This document shows positions 60,336 to 64,000 of a DNA stretch of 64,000 bases, piece after piece. The position numbers were made by a program, and so were the translations under genes. How positions within the stretch are numbered: the first letter of the stretch is position 1; the number at the start of each line of letters is the position of its first letter. Source of the stretch: Pelagomonas calceolata (Eukaryota); NCBI GenBank assembly GCA_918797485.1, contig CAKKNE010000002.1, forward strand, positions 3,224,001 through 3,288,000, in the 5' to 3' direction. A model generated the notes under the pieces. The model saw only the letters and a program-made list of their open reading frames with translations, was not told the origin of the DNA and made no database searches.

Positions 60336-62162
60336 CTAGGCCGCGATGACCTTCCGTTTCAGGGCGGCGAACTCTTCGGCGGTCAGCGCGCCGCACGTGA
60401 GGAGCTCGTGGAGCTTCTTGATCTGCACGAAGTCCGGCACCGCCGCGGGCGCCGGCGTCGGGGGAGCCCGCGCGGCGGCCGGTCGCCGCTCGTAGTCCGA
60501 GTCGATCGTCGGCGGCGAAGGTCGCGGCTTCCGCGCGGCGTCCGGCGACGCGTCCGGCGTCACGGCCGGCGCCCCCCGCGGCGCTGAGTCAGGCTTGCGA
60601 CGCGCCTCGCTCGTCGGTCGCCGTGCCGGCGCCGGCCGTTGCGGCTCGTCCTCGGACGCCGTCGCCGCGGTCTTCGCGTTCCGCGCCGCCGCCGCCACCG
60701 CTTCCCGCGGGGCGGTCGTCGTCGTGGCGCCCGTGTCCTGAGCCGGTGCGCCGGTCTTCGGGTCGTGGCCCAGCGTCGAAAAGTCGATCTTCCCGTCGTC
60801 CTTGATCCGCAATACGCGGACGAAGAGCCGATCGCGCTTGGCCGGGAGGATCGGCGCGCCCGCCGCGTCCAGTCGGCAATTGGACCGGTGCAACAGGCCT
60901 CGGCCGCCGCTGTCGAGCTCCACAAAAGCGCCGAACGTGGCTTTGTCCGAGCAGGTGCCGGCGTAAAAGCCGCCGACCTCAACAACGGGGGCGTCCGCGG
61001 ACCCGTCGGCCGACGCGTCGTCCCGCCGCAGAATCCGTTTCGGCGTCGGACGCTCGGGCCGTAGCGTGGCGCCGAGGTCCGCCTCGATCTCGCCCATGAG
61101 CACCGGCGTCGGCACGGAGCGGTGCGGCCGCGCCGGTGGCGGCGGCGAGGCGACCGACGCCGGCGCGGTTGACTTCTCGTCGGCGTTCGATGAGACCGCG
61201 GGCGCCGGCGCGGCCGCGGCGGGCGCGGCTTGCGCGTCGCCATCCGCATCCGGTGACCGCAGTTCCTCCTCGCAGCGCGCGCGCCGTACGATCCCACCGT
61301 GCTGGCCGGGTTGCAGGGAGACGCCGGGGAGGCGTTCGACGAGCAGCTTAAGCCGCTCGAAGCCCAGGGCCCGGTAGTCGAGGTCCTTTCCGTGTACCCG
61401 TCGGTAGCTGGGAGGAAGGTGTGACATAAAGATCTCGCCGGTGTCGTCAAGGACCGCCAGGACGTCGCGTTCCATGGCGTTCAGGGGCAATACAGGCTCG
61501 TCTGCGGCAGGCGTCGACGCCGATGCCGCGGCGTCAGAAGCGGACGGTATAGGCTTTGCGGCGTCCGCCGCCGCTTCGGGCGCGCGCGGCGCGACGGGCG
61601 GGTCCCGAGCGACGCTCTTGGCGGGGCGCGTTCGCCGCGGGCGCTCCGGGCTCGGCGGCCGCCGCGCGTGGCGCGTCAGGGCCCGCACGACCGCCCGCTG
61701 GGCGTTGCGCCGGTCCTTGCCGGCGGCCGCAGCGGCCGCGCTCCGGCACTCGTACGCGCTGCGGTCGCGCAGGAACGCGACGAGGTCCGCCGGGTAGCTC
61801 ACCTCGCGGCAGCCCAGGGTCGTGGCCGCCGCGGCCGCCCGCGCGTTCGCCCGCCGGACCGCCGCGAGGTCCGCGGCGTCGAGCGCCACCGTCTCCGTCG
61901 CGACGGCGGCGCGGCGCGGCGGCGTTTTCTCCTCGGGTTCCGCTTCGAGCACCTGCACCGCGACGCGGCCGAGGCGCCGGAGGAGGCCCTGCAGCGCCAC
62001 CGCGTCGGGCGCGCCGGGGGCGGCGCGCGCGGCCGCGGCCGCGGCGTCTCGGATGGCGCCGAGGGCCTCGTCGTGCGCCGGCGGCAGCGGTTGCTTTTCT
62101 TGCGTCTTCGCCGTGCGCGGCGGGCTGGCGAAGCGCACGCGCATGCCATTTCCTTTCCCCAT
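60336..62162 (-). CDS. LOTUS(OST-HTH) + S1 + SHOCT domain protein
   Basis: LOTUS: LPPSYRRVHGKDLDYRALGF..L..L. S1: FGAFVEL...GLLH.S...VRVLRI. SHOCT: IKKLHELL..GALT.EEF...K. Confidence 0.8.
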   Translation of the reverse strand: MGKGNGMRVRFASPPRTAKTQEKQPLPPAHDEALGAIRDAAAAAARAAPGAPDAVALQGLLRRLGRVAVQVLEAEPEEKTPPRRAAVATETVALDAADLAAVRRANARAAAAATTLGCREVSYPADLVAFLRDRSAYECRSAAAAAAGKDRRNAQRAVVRALTRHARRPPSPERPRRTRPAKSVARDPPVAPRAPEAAADAAKPIPSASDAAASASTPAADEPVLPLNAMERDVLAVLDDTGEIFMSHLPPSYRRVHGKDLDYRALGFERLKLLVERLPGVSLQPGQHGGIVRRARCEEELRSPDADGDAQAAPAAAAPAPAVSSNADEKSTAPASVASPPPPARPHRSVPTPVLMGEIEADLGATLRPERPTPKRILRRDDASADGSADAPVVEVGGFYAGTCSDKATFGAFVELDSGGRGLLHRSNCRLDAAGAPILPAKRDRLFVRVLRIKDDGKIDFSTLGHDPKTGAPAQDTGATTTTAPREAVAAAARNAKTAATASEDEPQRPAPARRPTSEARRKPDSAPRGAPAVTPDASPDAARKPRPSPPTIDSDYERRPAAARAPPTPAPAAVPDFVQIKKLHELLTCGALTAEEFAALKRKVIAA

Positions 62163-62369
62163 GGTGAATATGTGTTTGGGCTTGTTTGTGCGCGTTACGG
62201 CGGCGCGCGGCGCAACCGCTGCCCGCAGGCCTGCACCAGCAAAGTCTCCACCGATTTCACGCGGCGCAACGAGTCGGCTGCGTCTACAATTCGTGTTAGC
62301 AGAGCAGCAATTCGTGTTTGGGAAGTGGCCTACCAAAAAGCTTGCGTACGGGTCCGGACTTACAACGCC

Positions 62370-63536
62370 CTAGTGCCGCGCCCCGACCATCTCCAAACCA
62401 GCCAGCGGCGCCGGCAGGCCCAGCAGGTCGACGAAGCGCGCGTTGCCGGCGACGGAGATGCGCCACGCGCGCCGGTCGCCCGCCGCGTCGCCCGAGTGCT
62501 GGAACGGGTAGCACTCGTCGTCGAGGAGCGTCACCCGGAAGTCGTCGCCCACGAAGTCCAGGGCCAGCGTGTCGTGGCGGTAGGTCCCTTTGAAAATACC
62601 ATAAACGTTCGGGACGAAGCGCCAGGGCGACATGACCGCGATGCGCAAATGGCAGCCGCCGCCCCCCTTGTCGGAGCGCGCGAAGGGGAAGAGGCGCATG
62701 CCGCCGCCGTAGAACGGGGTACTTCCGGCGCACGCGAGCGTCGCGCTCCCTTCATATAACAAACCCGTCTCGACGGGGATCGCCGCGTCGCCGCGCCGCG
62801 GATCGACGTAGGCGCACTCTGATAAGGCTTCCACTCGGACGCGCATCTGCCTCTTCCTTCTCAAGTACGCGGGCAGCGTCCGGAGCGCCATCGCGAAGAA
62901 ATAGCCCCCTACGCTCCTCATGAGCGGCCCGATGATCGTGTTCTGCGTGGCCTTCGCCTGGCGCTTGTAGTCGTCCAACAGGAACGCATCGAAGCCCTGG
63001 CCCGCGATGAAACAAAGTTCGTTCTGGTCGGTCGACAGGACGGGCACGGACAACGTGGCGTTGACTCCATGCTTCAAAGCAGCACAGGCCCTGCGCACGC
63101 CCTTCGACCCGCACCACCGTCTGTAATGGCGGCCTAGGGCGTACCTCGAAACGGCATTGCCGGTGCCCAGCGGCAACGTACAAATCGCCGGCAGGTCGTC
63201 TATACTCGCATATTCCTGGCTCAGGTCCCTTAGGAGAGCCCCGAGGGTCCCGTCTCCCCCACACGCCACGACCGTCGCGTAGCGCCTCTCATAAATTTTC
63301 TTCGCGGCGACGTGCGCCTCGGTCAGCGACTTCGTCGCGAACACGTTCTCGGCGCCCAATTCCTCTTCGGCGGCCGCGACGGCGCGCTTCGTGACGCCCC
63401 GCGCGTTCAGGGAGAGCAGCGCGCACACGCTCGAGTCCGTAGCTTGGAGCGGCGCGGCGCGCAATACTGGTTTGCTGCGCGGCGCGTGGAAGGCCTGGTT
63501 GAGGTGGAGCAGGGCGAGGACGAGTAACGATTGCAT
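62370..63536 (-). CDS. diacylglycerol-kinase-family (YegS-like) lipid kinase, probably plastid-targeted
   Basis: GGDGT, LPLGTGN, G.GFDA, FYGGG; signal peptide + Phe (LNQA|F). Confidence 0.88.
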   Translation of the reverse strand: MQSLLVLALLHLNQAFHAPRSKPVLRAAPLQATDSSVCALLSLNARGVTKRAVAAAEEELGAENVFATKSLTEAHVAAKKIYERRYATVVACGGDGTLGALLRDLSQEYASIDDLPAICTLPLGTGNAVSRYALGRHYRRWCGSKGVRRACAALKHGVNATLSVPVLSTDQNELCFIAGQGFDAFLLDDYKRQAKATQNTIIGPLMRSVGGYFFAMALRTLPAYLRRKRQMRVRVEALSECAYVDPRRGDAAIPVETGLLYEGSATLACAGSTPFYGGGMRLFPFARSDKGGGGCHLRIAVMSPWRFVPNVYGIFKGTYRHDTLALDFVGDDFRVTLLDDECYPFQHSGDAAGDRRAWRISVAGNARFVDLLGLPAPLAGLEMVGARH

Positions 63537-64000
63537 GGCTGTTGCTGCAGGAGTCGTGCTCTTGCTCTTTGTGCTTGCACTGGAAGTGCAATCCGAAGCG
63601 GCAGACGCTGCTGCAGCCGAAAACGTCGGATGCAGGCAATTATATAGCAACGGCAGGGATCACGCAGTGTGGCTGTTGGCCATATGGTGTCTGCACTGCC
63701 CTCAATTGGCATGCACACTACGGCCTACTGGTAGGATACCAAGCCCCCCTAGTTACATTATGTATTGCAGTAACTTGTAGGAAAACCAGGGGGTAGCTGA
63801 GCGCCCAGCGGCGCTGCTAAAAGCGCTGCGATCTCGGTCCAGCTGCATCGCATTAAAACTTGATTGGGGGAGGCAGCCCACACGCAGCTGCTGCGCAGCA
63901 TACTCTAATCAAGTTTTAATAACTTGTTCACAGCCCGAGAACGTTGGTGCTGCCACGATGCCGCGGGTGTGGAAGCCCGCGGCGGACGATCAGCACATCT

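Noticed and set aside
63958..64000. Possible gene start ATGCCGCGG at the window edge
   Set aside because: Only 14 codons are visible, too few to support a call.

Overview
This is gene-dense, GC-rich eukaryotic nuclear DNA with few introns. The introner-type introns and the signal-peptide+Phe plastid presequences point to a pelagophyte alga, probably Pelagomonas-like (inference). About 38 protein-coding genes are supported. Recognisable ones include proteasome beta1, TRM8, Sec20, IST1, a class-III aminotransferase, WDR76, an OSCA/TMEM63 channel, SCYL2, SufS, an alpha-kinase, a TTL-like ligase, a sulfatase, HisE, mitochondrial L33, cyclin B, a zf-CW protein, SLC25A39/40 and a DAG-kinase-like protein. 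I found no rRNA, tRNA or CRISPR. The most notable non-coding signal is a bipartite motif, GCTAGCG-N(3-6)-TAAGACACTAG (CTAG-N12..15-CTAG), with 16 intergenic copies nearly all just 5' of genes: a candidate lineage-specific promoter element. Other highlights: a 713-bp CCC..GGG MITE with a 2-bp TSD; introner-derived introns at several stages of decay, two with GC donors; a DUF1853 + DEDDy exonuclease + YbaK fusion; a PAC/TMEM206-like channel; a plastid-targeted sticker-spacer repeat protein; a scar joining the 3' ends of two divergent genes; and two repeat-structured intergenic inserts. All domain calls come from motif recognition by eye; no database searches were run.
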